From assembly GCA_037442105.1 (NCBI GenBank), contig JBBIQV010000028.1:1-41776 (forward strand): DNA of 41,776 bases, read 5' to 3'. Below, in pieces: positions 9,454-20,729 of the stretch. This DNA is from Nitrospiraceae bacterium (GTDB taxonomy: Bacteria; Nitrospirota; Nitrospiria; Nitrospirales; Nitrospiraceae). The notes below the pieces were generated by a model. It did not search any database. It saw only the letters and a list, made by a program, of their open reading frames with translations, and had not been told where the DNA came from. Numbering within the stretch: the stretch's first letter is position 1; the number at the start of each line of letters is the position of its first letter. The position numbers were made by a program, and so were the translations under genes.

Positions 9454-11883
9454 ATGTTCGAACGATTCACGGACAAGGGTCGCAAGATCATCATCCTTGC
9501 ACGAGAAGAGGCCGAGCGGCACCAGAATGATTACCTGGGCACTGAACACCTCGTCCTCGCCATCCTTCGTGAGTCGGATGGGATCGCCCTGATGATTTTA
9601 AAGAAAATGGGGCTGTCCGCCGAGCAAATCCGCCTCGAAATCGAACGCAATCTCCCCGGAGGTGGCACGACCATGACCTTCGGGGAAATTCCGTTCAGCC
9701 CCCGGGTCAAAAAAGTTATTGAATACGGAGTCGAGGAAGCACGCCTACTCGGTCACAACCATATTGGCAGCGAGCATCTCCTGCTCGGGCTCCTGCGCGA
9801 AGAAGAAGGAATCGGCGGGAAGATCTTACGCAGCCTCGGGGCCAATCTGTTGACGGCTCGCCAGTTGACTGTCACGTTCCTCCGCAAATCCGCACCGCGT
9901 GAACGGGATCGGAAGAGCAACACTCCGGCTCTGGATGAGTTCGGGCGCGACCTCACTCAGCTTGCCCAAGAAGGTCAGCTTGATCCGGTCATCGGCCGTG
10001 CGGATGAAATCGAGCGCGTCCTGCAGATCCTCAGCCGCCGGACCAAAAACAATCCGGTGCTGATTGGCGAGTCTGGTGTCGGCAAGACGGCGATTGTAGA
10101 AGGGTTGGCACAACGAATTATCCAGTCCGAAGTGCCGGACAATCTCCTTTCTCGTCGCGTGATCGCGCTGGACCTGGGTTCCCTCGTGGCTGGTACCAAG
10201 TACCGTGGCCAGTTCGAGGAGCGGCTCAAGGTGGTGATGAAGGAGATCGTCCAAGCGGGCAACATCATCATCTTCATCGACGAACTGCATACACTGGTGG
10301 GCGCGGGCGCGGCCGAAGGCTCGATCGATGCCTCGAACATGCTGAAACCCGCCCTCTCGCGTGGCGAGATCCAGTGCATCGGGGCGACGACCCTCGATGA
10401 ATATCGGAAGCATATTGAGAAGGATGGCGCACTGAAGCGGCGATTCCAGCCGATCTATGTTCAGCCTCCAAGCTCGGAGGAAACTATTCGCATCATTCAG
10501 GGACTGCGAGATCGATACGAAGAGCATCATGGTGTCGAGATCACGGAAGAGGCGATCGCGGAAGCCGTCAAGCTTTCTGATCGCTACATCACCGACCGCT
10601 TTCTGCCGGATAAGGCCATCGACCTGATCGACGAAACAGGGTCAAGGGCCAAGCTGCAGACTTATGCGCTGCCTACCGAGTTGAAGGCGCTCGAGCAGGA
10701 ACTGAAAAAGGTGTCCCGCGACAAGGAACTGGCGATTTCCATGCAAAACTTCGAAGAAGCGGTTCGCCATCGGGAAGAGGAAGAAAGACTACGCAAGTTA
10801 CTGGACGAGTCGAAGAAGGAATGGAAGAAAAACCAGGAAAAACACAAGCCCGTCATCGGCAAGGAAGATGTCGCCTACGTTGTCTCTAAGATGACCGGTA
10901 TCCCCCTCTTCAAGCTTGAAGAAGAAGAATCCAACAAACTGCTGCGGATGGAAGAATTCCTTCATCGGCGGGTTGTGGGACAGAATGAGGCCATCTCTGC
11001 GGTCTGTCGCGCGATTCGCCGGTCACGCGCCGGTTTGAAGGAGGCCAAGAAACCCATCGGGTCATTCATCTTCTTGGGACCGACAGGAGTTGGGAAAACT
11101 GAGCTGGCACGGGCACTGGCGGAGTTCTTATTCAACAGTGAAGACGCCCTCGTCCGAATCGACATGTCTGAATACCAGGAAAAGTTCACCAGCTCTCGCC
11201 TGTTCGGTGCGCCTCCTGGGTATGTCGGGTATGAAGAGGGCGGGCAACTAACCGAGAAAGTGCGGCGGCGTCCCTACTCGGTCGTGCTCTTCGACGAAAT
11301 CGAGAAGGCGCATCCGGATGTGTTCAACGTCCTGCTGCAAGTATTGGATGACGGCGTGCTTACAGACAGCCTGGGCAGGAAGGTGGATTTCAAGAACACT
11401 GTTGTGATCATGACCTCTAACATCGGGACCAAGATGATTCAGAAGGGGGTCTCCCTCGGTTTCCAGAGTGCGGAACAATCCGAACAAGATCGCCGGAAAA
11501 AGGAAGAAGTGTTAGGCGAATTGCGACGATCCTTTAGCCCAGAGTTTTTGAACCGTATCGATGAAATCGTCGTCTTCCATCAGTTGGAAAAGACGCACCT
11601 GTTCAATATCCTGGATATCCTCCTGAGGGAGCTGAACCTCCGCTTGTTGGAGCGTGGAGTCGAGATTGAAGTCGATGATGAAGTGAAGCATTGGCTGATC
11701 AAAGAGGGCTATCAGCCTCTCTACGGCGCTCGTCCCATGCGCAGAACTATCCAACGAGCGATCGGGGATCCTCTGTCCGAAGAGTTGATAAAAGGACGGT
11801 TTAAGGACAGCCGCAGAATCAAGGTGGTCATTCGCGACGGAGCTCCTGCTTTCGTCGAGCAAGAAGCTTTGGCCGGAGTGTAA
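9454..11883 (+). CDS. clpC: ATP-dependent Clp protease ATP-binding subunit ClpC
   Basis: MFERFT N-domain repeats, two Walker A motifs ([16 protein letters not shown]), [14 protein letters not shown]-like middle domain, 809 aa. Confidence 0.95.
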   Translation: MFERFTDKGRKIIILAREEAERHQNDYLGTEHLVLAILRESDGIALMILKKMGLSAEQIRLEIERNLPGGGTTMTFGEIPFSPRVKKVIEYGVEEARLLGHNHIGSEHLLLGLLREEEGIGGKILRSLGANLLTARQLTVTFLRKSAPRERDRKSNTPALDEFGRDLTQLAQEGQLDPVIGRADEIERVLQILSRRTKNNPVLIGESGVGKTAIVEGLAQRIIQSEVPDNLLSRRVIALDLGSLVAGTKYRGQFEERLKVVMKEIVQAGNIIIFIDELHTLVGAGAAEGSIDASNMLKPALSRGEIQCIGATTLDEYRKHIEKDGALKRRFQPIYVQPPSSEETIRIIQGLRDRYEEHHGVEITEEAIAEAVKLSDRYITDRFLPDKAIDLIDETGSRAKLQTYALPTELKALEQELKKVSRDKELAISMQNFEEAVRHREEEERLRKLLDESKKEWKKNQEKHKPVIGKEDVAYVVSKMTGIPLFKLEEEESNKLLRMEEFLHRRVVGQNEAISAVCRAIRRSRAGLKEAKKPIGSFIFLGPTGVGKTELARALAEFLFNSEDALVRIDMSEYQEKFTSSRLFGAPPGYVGYEEGGQLTEKVRRRPYSVVLFDEIEKAHPDVFNVLLQVLDDGVLTDSLGRKVDFKNTVVIMTSNIGTKMIQKGVSLGFQSAEQSEQDRRKKEEVLGELRRSFSPEFLNRIDEIVVFHQLEKTHLFNILDILLRELNLRLLERGVEIEVDDEVKHWLIKEGYQPLYGARPMRRTIQRAIGDPLSEELIKGRFKDSRRIKVVIRDGAPAFVEQEALAGV

Positions 11884-12096
11884 GCGACCTCTATATCTTG
11901 AGTGAGGAGCCTCACGGTCTGGCGTTGAGCACAAAGGTGGTATACAGCGGCCCCTGCGGTCCAAGTTTGGGCTCAGGGGTCGTTGTGTTTCAGTTGCCTG
12001 ATGCCGTCGTCATCCCCCTGCGGACGATCCTCGTTCCTATCCTAGTCCTAGCGTACTTGATCACTAGCCAGGAAGCTCTTGCAGTAACATCGCGTT

Positions 12097-13155
12097 ATGT
12101 CTGAGCGTTCGTTCACACAGCGGGGGGTGGACACATCACCACATGGCCTGATTCTCGGGATTGAAACTTCCTGTGATGAAACCGCTGCTGCTCTTGTCGA
12201 CTCAGATGGCCGTGTTCGCGCGAGCATTGTTTCGTCGCAACACGACATTCACCGCCGGTTCGGCGGCGTTGTTCCTGAGCTGGCCTCCCGTAGCCATATA
12301 GAACAGATTGAATTGGTTGTTGAGGAAGCCCTGAGAGTAGGAGGGGGTACTTGGTCAGGTCTGGGAGCCATTGGCGTCACGCAGGGACCAGGACTGGCCG
12401 GTGCGTTGCTCGTGGGGGTCTGTTATGCCAAGTCATTAGCATATGCCCTACGACTCCCTCTCGTCGCCGTGAATCATCTTGATGGTCATATTGCTTCCGC
12501 CTGGATCGACTCGCCACAATTTCCTATTCCCTGCGTGTTGCTCGTCGTCTCGGGAGGGCACACGCATCTGTATCACGTTGATCGCCCTGGTTCTTATCAC
12601 TTACTTGGCCGTACGCTTGATGATGCAGCAGGAGAGGCGTTCGACAAGGGATCGCAGATGCTGGGATTGGGCTATCCGGGTGGTCCGGCCATCGACAAGC
12701 TGGCTCGAACGGGCGATCCGGAGGCCATCGCATTTCCACGATCGATCATCAAGAAGGGGAGTCTCGATTTCAGCTTCAGCGGGCTGAAGACCGCGCTCTT
12801 GTATGACCTTCGCCGACTCGACCCTGCCTCCCTTCTGCAACGCCAGGCCGATCTGGCTGCTTCGTACCAAGAGGCGATTGTCGATGTTTTGGTGCAGAAA
12901 GCCTTTGCGGCTGTCCGCCGGTGCGATGTTTCAGCATTAGCCGTGGTCGGCGGCGTTTCGGCCAATTCGAGACTGCGGGCGGTGCTCGAACAATGCTCGG
13001 CCAGAGAAGGAATCCGACTTGGATTGCCCCCGCTAGGATATTGCACGGACAACGCAGCCATGATCGCCGTCGCCGGTCGGCTTGCCTTAACGCAAGGCCG
13101 GCAATCTTCGTGGGAACTAGAGGCCAACCCTCGGTTTGAGTTGGCGACCCAATAA
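12097..13155 (+). CDS. tsaD: tRNA N6-adenosine threonylcarbamoyltransferase TsaD
   Basis: ILGIETSCDETA, GGVVPELASRSH, NHLDGH, VSGGHT, DDAAGEAFDK, CTDNAAMIA. Confidence 0.97.
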   Translation: MSERSFTQRGVDTSPHGLILGIETSCDETAAALVDSDGRVRASIVSSQHDIHRRFGGVVPELASRSHIEQIELVVEEALRVGGGTWSGLGAIGVTQGPGLAGALLVGVCYAKSLAYALRLPLVAVNHLDGHIASAWIDSPQFPIPCVLLVVSGGHTHLYHVDRPGSYHLLGRTLDDAAGEAFDKGSQMLGLGYPGGPAIDKLARTGDPEAIAFPRSIIKKGSLDFSFSGLKTALLYDLRRLDPASLLQRQADLAASYQEAIVDVLVQKAFAAVRRCDVSALAVVGGVSANSRLRAVLEQCSAREGIRLGLPPLGYCTDNAAMIAVAGRLALTQGRQSSWELEANPRFELATQ

Positions 13156-13196
13156 CACACACAGACTGAGTCTTACAAAGAGAAAGGAGCAACCAA

Positions 13197-14891
13197 ATTC
13201 CCACCCTTTACGGTCATCTCACAGGGTTAAAACCAAGTCAGTTGAGCGCGATGGAGCGGTTGTATCGGCGACGGATCCCTGTTGATTGTGTGATCACCTC
13301 CGAGCTTGCGACGACAGCCGCCTGCCTGTCTGCCGACATTCGGCGTCCGATCGGCCTGCTGATCACGCGGCGCGGAACAATCGAACAAGTGCTTGTTGGA
13401 GCCGGTTGCGTGCCCTCTTTTGCCAGCCTCTCCAAATTCCGGGCAGGATCACGTTCTCTCCGTGGCCTGCGGCTTGTCCGTGTGCAACCGCATGATGACC
13501 CGCTGAGTCAGGAAGACCTGACGAACCTTGCACTGCTCCGGCTCGACCTCATCGCTGCAGTGGGAGTGAACGAGCAGGGAACCCCGGCCCATCTGTACCT
13601 GGCGCATCTGCTTCCACCGAATTCGCGCGGCCAGGTCTTCGAGGTCTTTCCGCCCGTGCCCTTCCACGCGTTCCAGTGGGAGTGCGACAAAATGGTGGCC
13701 GCTTTGGAAGCGGACATGCAGCGGGCGGGAAGGCAGCGGGCGGTCGATGATGCGCAAGACATGGCGATCCTCGTCAGTGCTTCCGCCAAGAGCCGGAGTG
13801 AGCAGGAGGAACGGCTCGACGAGCTCTCCGAATTAGCGGCGGCGGCGGAGATTGTCGTGTTAGACAAAATCATCCAACGTGTTCATGAGACATACTTGCG
13901 GTGCGTCGTTGGGAGCGGCAAGCTGAAGGAGATCGTCATTCGGGCTCTCCAGCGGGGCGCCAACCTTCTCGTGTTCGATCAGGACCTGGCGCCGGCCCAA
14001 GTGCGCGCTATTTCTGAGGTCACGGAGATGCGTGTCATCGATCGAACGCAGCTCATTCTGGACATTTTTGCTCGCCGGGCGCACAGCCGGGAAGGAAAAG
14101 TCCAGGTCGAATTGGCCCTCCTCCGGTATCTTCTGCCTCGCCTGAGCGGACAAGGGACATCACTGTCCCGGTTGGGGGGCGGCATCGGCAGCCGTGGACC
14201 CGGTGAAACGAAATTGGAAACAGACCGTCGGCGAGTACGCGATCGCATCGCTCATCTCGAACGGGAACTGAATACCTTTACGCGACACCAGGACCAGCGT
14301 CGTGCGCGACGCCTTCAGCATGCTGTGCCCATTCTGTCCATTGTGGGCTATACCAATGCCGGCAAGTCCACGCTTTTGAACGTTCTGACCAAGAGTGCAG
14401 TGCCGGCGCAGGATCGTCCCTTTGAAACTCTGGACACGACATCCCGGCGCCTCCGGTTTCCGCATGATCGCGAGATCATCGTGACCGACACGGTCGGTTT
14501 TATCCACGATCTTCCGAAAGATTTGCTGGGTGCTTTCCGGACCACGTTAGAGGAATTGCGAGACGCTGACATGCTGCTGCATCTCGTCGACGCGAGCGCG
14601 GCGAACATTGAGCGACAGATCGCAGCGGTCGTCACGATTCTGGACGAACTGAATCTTGCGCACCTTCCCAGGATTCTGGTGCTCAACAAATGCGACCGCT
14701 TGATGCCTCAGGAGGCGCAGGCCCTCTGTCGCCGATATGGAGCGGTCGGAATTTCCGCCCTCGATCCTACGACATTGCGTCCGCTGATGGCCTGTCTCGA
14801 AAAACAACTGGCGTTGGTCCGGCCAATTGCCCACGAGTTGGACTACGAGCCGGCGCAGAGCCAGGCGTTGAGCGTCACTTCACGTTCATAG
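13197..14891 (+). CDS. hflX: GTPase HflX, long N-terminal form; probable ATT start
   Basis: ILDIFARRAHSREGKVQVELA, GPGETKLETDRR, VGYTNAGKSTL, DTVGF, NKCD. AAGGAG at 13184-13189 lies 7 nt before an in-frame ATT at 13197. Confidence 0.93.
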   Translation: MPTLYGHLTGLKPSQLSAMERLYRRRIPVDCVITSELATTAACLSADIRRPIGLLITRRGTIEQVLVGAGCVPSFASLSKFRAGSRSLRGLRLVRVQPHDDPLSQEDLTNLALLRLDLIAAVGVNEQGTPAHLYLAHLLPPNSRGQVFEVFPPVPFHAFQWECDKMVAALEADMQRAGRQRAVDDAQDMAILVSASAKSRSEQEERLDELSELAAAAEIVVLDKIIQRVHETYLRCVVGSGKLKEIVIRALQRGANLLVFDQDLAPAQVRAISEVTEMRVIDRTQLILDIFARRAHSREGKVQVELALLRYLLPRLSGQGTSLSRLGGGIGSRGPGETKLETDRRRVRDRIAHLERELNTFTRHQDQRRARRLQHAVPILSIVGYTNAGKSTLLNVLTKSAVPAQDRPFETLDTTSRRLRFPHDREIIVTDTVGFIHDLPKDLLGAFRTTLEELRDADMLLHLVDASAANIERQIAAVVTILDELNLAHLPRILVLNKCDRLMPQEAQALCRRYGAVGISALDPTTLRPLMACLEKQLALVRPIAHELDYEPAQSQALSVTSRS

Positions 14892-14913
14892 TCCGTTCAC
14901 GAAACTCCTTTGT

Positions 14914-15600
14914 ATGAAAAAGCGACTTTACCGCGGAAAGACCAACGGGACGGATCGATCGCCGCGCAACGGACAGAGAGTGTCACGTCTCTGTGCCGCG
15001 CTTGCACGCAGTATGCCATCGGCCCGTGCGGAACTAGCCTACCGTAATCCCTGGGAGCTGCTCGTGGCCACCATTCTTTCCGCCCAATGTACGGACCAGC
15101 GTGTCAACCAAGTCACCCCTGCCCTCTTTGCACGATACCGGTGCCCTGCCGACTACGCGAACGCCCGTATGACCGAGTTGGAACAACTCATCAGAACGAC
15201 CGGTTTTTTCAAAAGCAAAGCGAAACATCTGGCGGGTTGTGCGCGTGCAATCATTGAGCGTTTTGGCGGAGTCGTGCCTGAGACAATGGAGGCGTTGACC
15301 TCGCTTCCAGGGGTGGGACGCAAAACCGCTAACGTGATCCTCGGAAATGCTTTCGACCAACCAGCCGTCATCGTCGATACGCATGTGAAGCGCGTTGCGA
15401 ACCGCCTGGGGCTGACCCGTTCGGCGGATCCTGCTATTATTGAGCAGGATCTTCAGAAACAACTGCCTCAGACAGAGTGGACGTCAAGCTCGCAGCGACT
15501 TCTGCTGCACGGCCGGTATGTCTGTCTCGCGCGCAAGCCGAAATGCGCCACGTGCGCGATCTACGACGAGTGCCGGTGGGAAGGGAAACTGCCGCGATGA
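14914..15600 (+). CDS. nth: Endonuclease III
   Basis: LLVATILSAQCTDQRVN, HhH motif LPGVGRKTANV, VDTHVKR, Fe-S motif CLARKPKCATC. Confidence 0.96.
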   Translation: MKKRLYRGKTNGTDRSPRNGQRVSRLCAALARSMPSARAELAYRNPWELLVATILSAQCTDQRVNQVTPALFARYRCPADYANARMTELEQLIRTTGFFKSKAKHLAGCARAIIERFGGVVPETMEALTSLPGVGRKTANVILGNAFDQPAVIVDTHVKRVANRLGLTRSADPAIIEQDLQKQLPQTEWTSSSQRLLLHGRYVCLARKPKCATCAIYDECRWEGKLPR

Positions 15601-16475
15601 TCCGAAGCATGACGGGGTTCGGCCGGCGAGAGGGTGCGTACCAGAAGACCGCCCTAGTAGTGGAAATCCGATCGGTGAATCATCGATTCCTGGACGTTGC
15701 CGTACGCGTGCCGCGTGCCTTCAGCGATCTGGAAGACCGGTTCAAGAAAGCGGTCCATCAATGCTGCCGTCGGGGCCGTGTGGACGTGACGCTCTCCTTC
15801 TATGGCGGAAGGAACGGAATACGGGCGGTGACCCTTGACCACGCGTTGGCCGAACAGTACTATCGCAAACTTGGCGAACTGAAAAAATCCCTGAAGGTCG
15901 GCGGCAAGATAGACGTGGCCCTGCTTGCAGGGTTTCGTGAGATCGTCTCGGTTTCAGAATCGGTCGAACCTGATCCTCAGTTGAGCCGACTGGCGATGAG
16001 GTTGCTTACCCAGGCGCTCAAGGATCTCGATCGCATGAAGTGCCGCGAGGGGACGGCGCTTTCCAAGGCCATCCAGCAGCACCTCGATGCGATCCATCGC
16101 ACAAAGGCGCTGGTATCGGCGAAAGCACCGGCGCTGGCTGAGGAGGCCTTCCAACGAACGAAGGTTCGCATCGAAAAGCTGATGGGCGGCGAGCTCCCCG
16201 ATCCTGCGCGGTTGCATCAAGAGCTGGCCGCCTTTGCCGATCGGTACGACATCACCGAAGAATTGGTCAGGCTCGACTCACATATGATACAGTTTGAGCG
16301 AACGTTGAAGAGCCAGGAGGCGGTCGGAAAGACACTCGATTTTCTGTTGCAGGAACTGGGGCGCGAGGTGAACACCATCGGCTCCAAGGCAAACGATGTC
16401 GAGATCACGAATCACGTCGTACAGATGAAAGCGGAGCTGGAAAAAATCCGGGAACAAGTTCAGAACGTGGAGTAA
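15597..16475 (+). CDS. yicC: YicC/YloC family endoribonuclease
   Basis: MIRSMTGFG, EIRSVNHRFLD, DITEELVRLDSH, GREVNTIGSK, EKIREQVQNVE. Confidence 0.95.
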   Translation: MIRSMTGFGRREGAYQKTALVVEIRSVNHRFLDVAVRVPRAFSDLEDRFKKAVHQCCRRGRVDVTLSFYGGRNGIRAVTLDHALAEQYYRKLGELKKSLKVGGKIDVALLAGFREIVSVSESVEPDPQLSRLAMRLLTQALKDLDRMKCREGTALSKAIQQHLDAIHRTKALVSAKAPALAEEAFQRTKVRIEKLMGGELPDPARLHQELAAFADRYDITEELVRLDSHMIQFERTLKSQEAVGKTLDFLLQELGREVNTIGSKANDVEITNHVVQMKAELEKIREQVQNVE

Positions 16476-16498
16476 TTCGCCAAAGTCGAACGAACCCT

Positions 16499-17218
16499 AT
16501 GTCGTCACCGTCCCCATCACTCCAGCGCAAACTCTCCACGGAACGCCGAGGGATTCTCTTCGTCATTTCCGCGCCTTCAGGGGCCGGCAAGACCACGCTC
16601 TGTAAGCAGATCATCGCCAACATTCCTGATCTGTGGCATTCGGTTTCCTATACCACCAGAAAACCACGGCCTGGAGAAACGCATGGACACGAGTATTTCT
16701 TCGTGGACGAACCCACCTTTATGGAGATGGCGGAGCGTCATGAATTCCTGGAGTGGGCACGCGTGCATGGGCATCTCTACGGGACCCCGAGGAAGGCGTT
16801 GACGGATCGGATGGAGCAGGGGCTCGATGTGTTGCTGGAGATCGACGTTCAGGGGGCGATCCAGGTGAAGAAAAAATTCGAAGACGCGGTGTTTATTTTC
16901 ATTCTCCCGCCTTCTATGGAGGTGCTGCGTACTCGCTTGGAGATGAGGGGCGGCGACTCTCCGGAAGAAATCCAACGGCGTCTGCAAAAGGCGCGGGAAG
17001 AAGTGTGGAGTTATCGCGAATACTATTACATCGTGCGGAACGACGATCTTGCCCAATCGCTGAAGGAACTGGAAAGCATTCTCTTGGCCGAACGCATCAA
17101 GACCAAACGACTTGATATGGCATGGCTCGAGCACAATTTTATTCTCGATAAGGACCCTCGAACAGTTGATCTCGACGGAACCACTACCGCGAAGGGGAGC
17201 GCGAAAAACCATGGTTGA
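16499..17218 (+). CDS. gmk: Guanylate kinase
   Basis: ISAPSGAGKTT, SYTTRKPRPGE, YGTP, LEIDVQGA. Confidence 0.97.
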   Translation: MSSPSPSLQRKLSTERRGILFVISAPSGAGKTTLCKQIIANIPDLWHSVSYTTRKPRPGETHGHEYFFVDEPTFMEMAERHEFLEWARVHGHLYGTPRKALTDRMEQGLDVLLEIDVQGAIQVKKKFEDAVFIFILPPSMEVLRTRLEMRGGDSPEEIQRRLQKAREEVWSYREYYYIVRNDDLAQSLKELESILLAERIKTKRLDMAWLEHNFILDKDPRTVDLDGTTTAKGSAKNHG

Positions 17219-17570
17219 TATGTTGTCCTTACTGCCTGAGTACACAGATGACAAGTTTGATTCTCGCTATCGGCTTGTGCTCGTAGCCGCTCAGCGCGCC
17301 AAGCACCTGATTCAAGGCGCCAAATCATCCGGACCATCAAAATTCACCAAGGAGACTTCCATCGCCCTTGACGATGTTCTCCGCGGCAACGTGCAGCATC
17401 TCCGGGGTCAGGCAGCCCGCGACGCGATCAAAGAGGCGAAGCGTGGCAAAGAAGGTGAGACCGAACGGTTGGCGATGATGACCGGAGAAGATGCGCGCGA
17501 AATCAAAAAGGAACTAAGCGTGTATGTCGATGATTCGGTGAAACCGACCGAGTCAGAGAGTGAAGAGTAA
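17211..17570 (+). CDS. rpoZ: RNA polymerase omega subunit
   Basis: DSRYRLVLVAAQRAKHL motif; canonical gmk-rpoZ-coaBC position. Confidence 0.9.
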   Translation: MVDMLSLLPEYTDDKFDSRYRLVLVAAQRAKHLIQGAKSSGPSKFTKETSIALDDVLRGNVQHLRGQAARDAIKEAKRGKEGETERLAMMTGEDAREIKKELSVYVDDSVKPTESESEE

Positions 17571-17579
17571 CGCGAGGAC

Positions 17580-18836
17580 GTGCGCGACGACCCAACCTCC
17601 AGATTCTCCGACAAGCGCCTCATTCTCGGGGTCAGCGGCAGTATCGCGGCATACAAGGCCGTCGAGCTGCTCAGATCTTTGGTCCGTGAGGGCGCGTCTG
17701 TTACGGTTGTCATGACCGAGGCGGCGACTCGGTTTGTGATGCCGCTGACCTTCGAAGTGCTATCCGGAAAGCCGGTAGCGGTCAATCTGTTTGAGGCGCA
17801 CCAGGAGATGCTGCATCTCAGCCTGCCGGAGGAGGCCGATGCGCTTGTCATTGCTCCGGCAACCGCAAGTGCTCTGTCGAAGGCGGCCCTCGGCTTGGCT
17901 GACGACCTTCTCTCAACTATGTTGCTCACGACCCGTTGTCCCGTGATTATGGCGCCTGCCATGGACGGCGATATGTGGACGCATCCGACCGTTGTCGATC
18001 ATGTGGATCAACTTCGCCGGCGCGGAGTCGTGATCGTTGACCCGGAAGAGGGCCCGCTCGCCTCAGGCCGGCAGGGGCTAGGCCGGCTCGCCAGCGGGGA
18101 GCGAATCCTGGCGGCGGTCGAGGCCGTTCTCTCTCCGCGTCGCGATTGGAAGGGGCAGCGAGTGCTCGTCGCAGCAGGCCCGACGCAAGAAGCCATCGAT
18201 CCAGTCCGCTTCGTTTCCAACCGGTCATCGGGAAAGATGGGCTATGCCGTTGCCGAGGCAGCCCGCGATCGGGGCGCGCAAGTCTGCCTGGTCAGTGGCC
18301 CCACAGCGCTGCCTATCCCTCGCAGCGTCGATGTCGTTCCGGTTACGACTTCCGAAGAGATGGGAAAAGCCATGCTGTCCAGGCTTTCGTGGGCGAGCGT
18401 GGTCGTCATGGCGGCGGCTGTTGCCGATTTTCGGCCTTCTCGTTCGGCTTCGCATAAACTCAAGAAACAGGAACAGCGGTGGACGACGCTCGACTTAGAA
18501 CCTACGCAAGACATTCTCCTTTCCCTTGCCGGCAAGAAGACGACCCAGACCATCGTTGGATTCGCTGCCGAGACTCAAGACCTGCTCACGTATGCGAAAG
18601 AGAAGTTGCGCGCGAAAGACCTTGATCTCATTGTCGCCAACGATGTCACCGTGGAAGGGGCCGGCTTTGGGTCCGACAAGAACGCGGCTGTCCTTCTCGA
18701 CCGTCACGGCCGGTCCATTGAATGCCCTCTGATGCCGAAGAGGGAATTGGCAGAGCGCATTCTGGATGCCGTCTTGGCGTTACGATCCTCGAAGAACGAG
18801 ACTCGCCGGGAATCGCCCAAGCAGAAGAAGAGCTGA
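17580..18836 (+). CDS. coaBC: Bifunctional phosphopantothenoylcysteine decarboxylase/phosphopantothenate-cysteine ligase
   Basis: GVSGSIAAYKA, APATAS, APAMD, AGPTQEAIDPVRFVSNRSSGKMG, AAAVADF, VGFAAET. Confidence 0.97.
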   Translation: MRDDPTSRFSDKRLILGVSGSIAAYKAVELLRSLVREGASVTVVMTEAATRFVMPLTFEVLSGKPVAVNLFEAHQEMLHLSLPEEADALVIAPATASALSKAALGLADDLLSTMLLTTRCPVIMAPAMDGDMWTHPTVVDHVDQLRRRGVVIVDPEEGPLASGRQGLGRLASGERILAAVEAVLSPRRDWKGQRVLVAAGPTQEAIDPVRFVSNRSSGKMGYAVAEAARDRGAQVCLVSGPTALPIPRSVDVVPVTTSEEMGKAMLSRLSWASVVVMAAAVADFRPSRSASHKLKKQEQRWTTLDLEPTQDILLSLAGKKTTQTIVGFAAETQDLLTYAKEKLRAKDLDLIVANDVTVEGAGFGSDKNAAVLLDRHGRSIECPLMPKRELAERILDAVLALRSSKNETRRESPKQKKS

Positions 18837-18850
18837 AATTAGGACTACAC

Positions 18851-19477
18851 ATGCCGACTTCGCCACGACGACATCTTGCTAATAAAGGAGAGATCGACCG
18901 TTTGGTGGCTGTGTTGGCCAATGATCCACGATCGAAGGTCTTCCTGTCTTTAGCCGACGAATACGCGAAAGCAGGTATGTGGCAAGAAGCGACGGTGATT
19001 CTGGAGGACGGGCTCAAAGTCTGTCCCGGATTCATCACCGCGATGGTCGCGTTAGGTCGCGCCTATGACCAGCTTGGACAGGCCGGCAAAGCGAAAGTCG
19101 TCCTGGAAGAAGCCGTAAAGCTGAGTCCGGATAATCTGCGGGCTCACCGGACACTGGCCAAGATTTACACCGTGGAAGGAACACGGGATCTTGCACAACG
19201 ATCGTGCCGGGCCATCCTCGAAGTCAACCCGCAGGACGAAGAAACACTGAGCCTGATTCGTACGCTTGAACAGTCAGCGCCTACTGCACCGATTACTCCA
19301 GGTCTGCCAGCCGAGTCTAGTCCCCAGACCGTCACCGTTTCTCAGGCTGCCCAAACGGAGGAATTGCGGACTGTGACGGATTCGTCCGATGGCCCGCTCG
19401 CTGAACAATCCAGCAAGGTGGCTCGACTCGAGGCCTGGCTCAAGAAGATTCAAGCCAACCGCGAGGCAACGGCCTGA
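18851..19477 (+). CDS. Tetratricopeptide repeat protein
   Basis: TPR-like helical repeats (LADEY, LGRAY, SPDNLRAHRTLAKIY) and C-terminal RLEAWLKKI. Confidence 0.8.
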   Translation: MPTSPRRHLANKGEIDRLVAVLANDPRSKVFLSLADEYAKAGMWQEATVILEDGLKVCPGFITAMVALGRAYDQLGQAGKAKVVLEEAVKLSPDNLRAHRTLAKIYTVEGTRDLAQRSCRAILEVNPQDEETLSLIRTLEQSAPTAPITPGLPAESSPQTVTVSQAAQTEELRTVTDSSDGPLAEQSSKVARLEAWLKKIQANREATA

Positions 19478-19524
19478 CGCACGGACACGTGAATTCTTCG
19501 CACGAGGCTGTTGCATGAGACCGT

Positions 19525-19553
19525 TTGACCCAACCCAATCTCCCTGTTACAAT
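19525..19553 (+). promoter_or_regulatory. sigma70 promoter of aroQ-efp-accBC
   Basis: TTGACC-17 bp-TACAAT with TG extended -10. Confidence 0.6.
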
Positions 19554-19625
19554 GCCGCCGTTTTGCCGACTCCTCGCAACCGCGCGGGATTGTTGTGCGC
19601 TCCTCGTTGAACCACAGGGTGCAGA

Positions 19626-20126
19626 GTGCGGGTGCTTGTGTTGCATGGGCCTAATCTCAATCTATTGGGAGCCCGCGAACAATCCATCTATGGAACCACT
19701 TCATTGAGCGCGGTGAACAACGCGCTCAATTCGCTCGCTGGGGACATAGGTGCGGATCTCGACATTCGCCAGTCCAACAGCGAGGGAGAGTTGGTAACAT
19801 GGATACAACAGGCGCGAGGGACGTTCGACGGCATCATTCTCAATCCGGCCGGATACACCCATACCAGCGTGGCCATTCGTGACGCGATTGCCGCCGTGGC
19901 GTTGCCGACCGTCGAAGTCCATCTGAGCAACATCCACCAGCGGGAAGAGTTTCGCCATCGATCCTTCGTGGCGGGGGTGGCGCTGGCGCAAATTTCCGGT
20001 TTCGGCCCCACCGGCTATCTCCTGGCGCTTCGCGGACTTGTCGAACATCTCGCAGCGAAGAAGCCTCGCGCTGGGCCACGGCGCACACGTGCAACGGCGG
20101 TGAAAGCCGGTAGACGATCGGTGTAA
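19626..20126 (+). CDS. aroQ: Type II 3-dehydroquinate dehydratase
   Basis: [48 protein letters not shown]. Confidence 0.97.
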   Translation: MRVLVLHGPNLNLLGAREQSIYGTTSLSAVNNALNSLAGDIGADLDIRQSNSEGELVTWIQQARGTFDGIILNPAGYTHTSVAIRDAIAAVALPTVEVHLSNIHQREEFRHRSFVAGVALAQISGFGPTGYLLALRGLVEHLAAKKPRAGPRRTRATAVKAGRRSV

Positions 20127-20168
20127 TGCCTCTACTATTCAACTTATCATGCGGTAAGGGAGTGTATT

Positions 20169-20729
20169 GTGATTTCGACGGCGGATTTTCGGAACGGCTC
20201 GCGCATCATGGTCGAGGGAGAACCTTTTTACATCGTAGAGTTTCAGCATGTGAAGCCGGGCAAAGGGGGCGCCTTCGTCCGCACCAAGCTCAAGAGTTAC
20301 ATAACCGGAAACGTGCTGGATCGGACGTTCCGGTCAGGCGAGCGGTTCGAGGAACCGAATCTCGAAGAACGGGACATGCAGTTTCTGTACGCTTCCGGCG
20401 ACAGCTATACCTTCATGGATACGGACACCTACGAGCAGTTCACCTACGACAAGAAACAATTGGGCGAGAACGCGGATCTGCTCAAGGAAAACATGATCTC
20501 GAAGATTCTCATTTATAAGCATCGTCCGATTGCGGTCGAGCTTCCGATCTTCATCGAATTGAAGGTGGTCGATGCCGAACCCGGTGTGCGCGGCGATACC
20601 GCATCGGGGGGAAGCAAACCGGCGATCGTGGAGACAGGCGCCACGATCAAGGTTCCATTGTACTTGGAAGTCGGAGAAGTCATCAGGATCGACACCCGCA
20701 CCAGGGAATATGTGGAGCGAGTCCGGTGA
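20169..20729 (+). CDS. efp: Elongation factor P
   Basis: [43 protein letters not shown]. Confidence 0.97.
   Translation: MISTADFRNGSRIMVEGEPFYIVEFQHVKPGKGGAFVRTKLKSYITGNVLDRTFRSGERFEEPNLEERDMQFLYASGDSYTFMDTDTYEQFTYDKKQLGENADLLKENMISKILIYKHRPIAVELPIFIELKVVDAEPGVRGDTASGGSKPAIVETGATIKVPLYLEVGEVIRIDTRTREYVERVR

Noticed and set aside
11898..12104. 68-aa ORF with a hydrophobic stretch between clpC and tsaD
   Set aside because: TTG start, no clear RBS and no recognisable motif.
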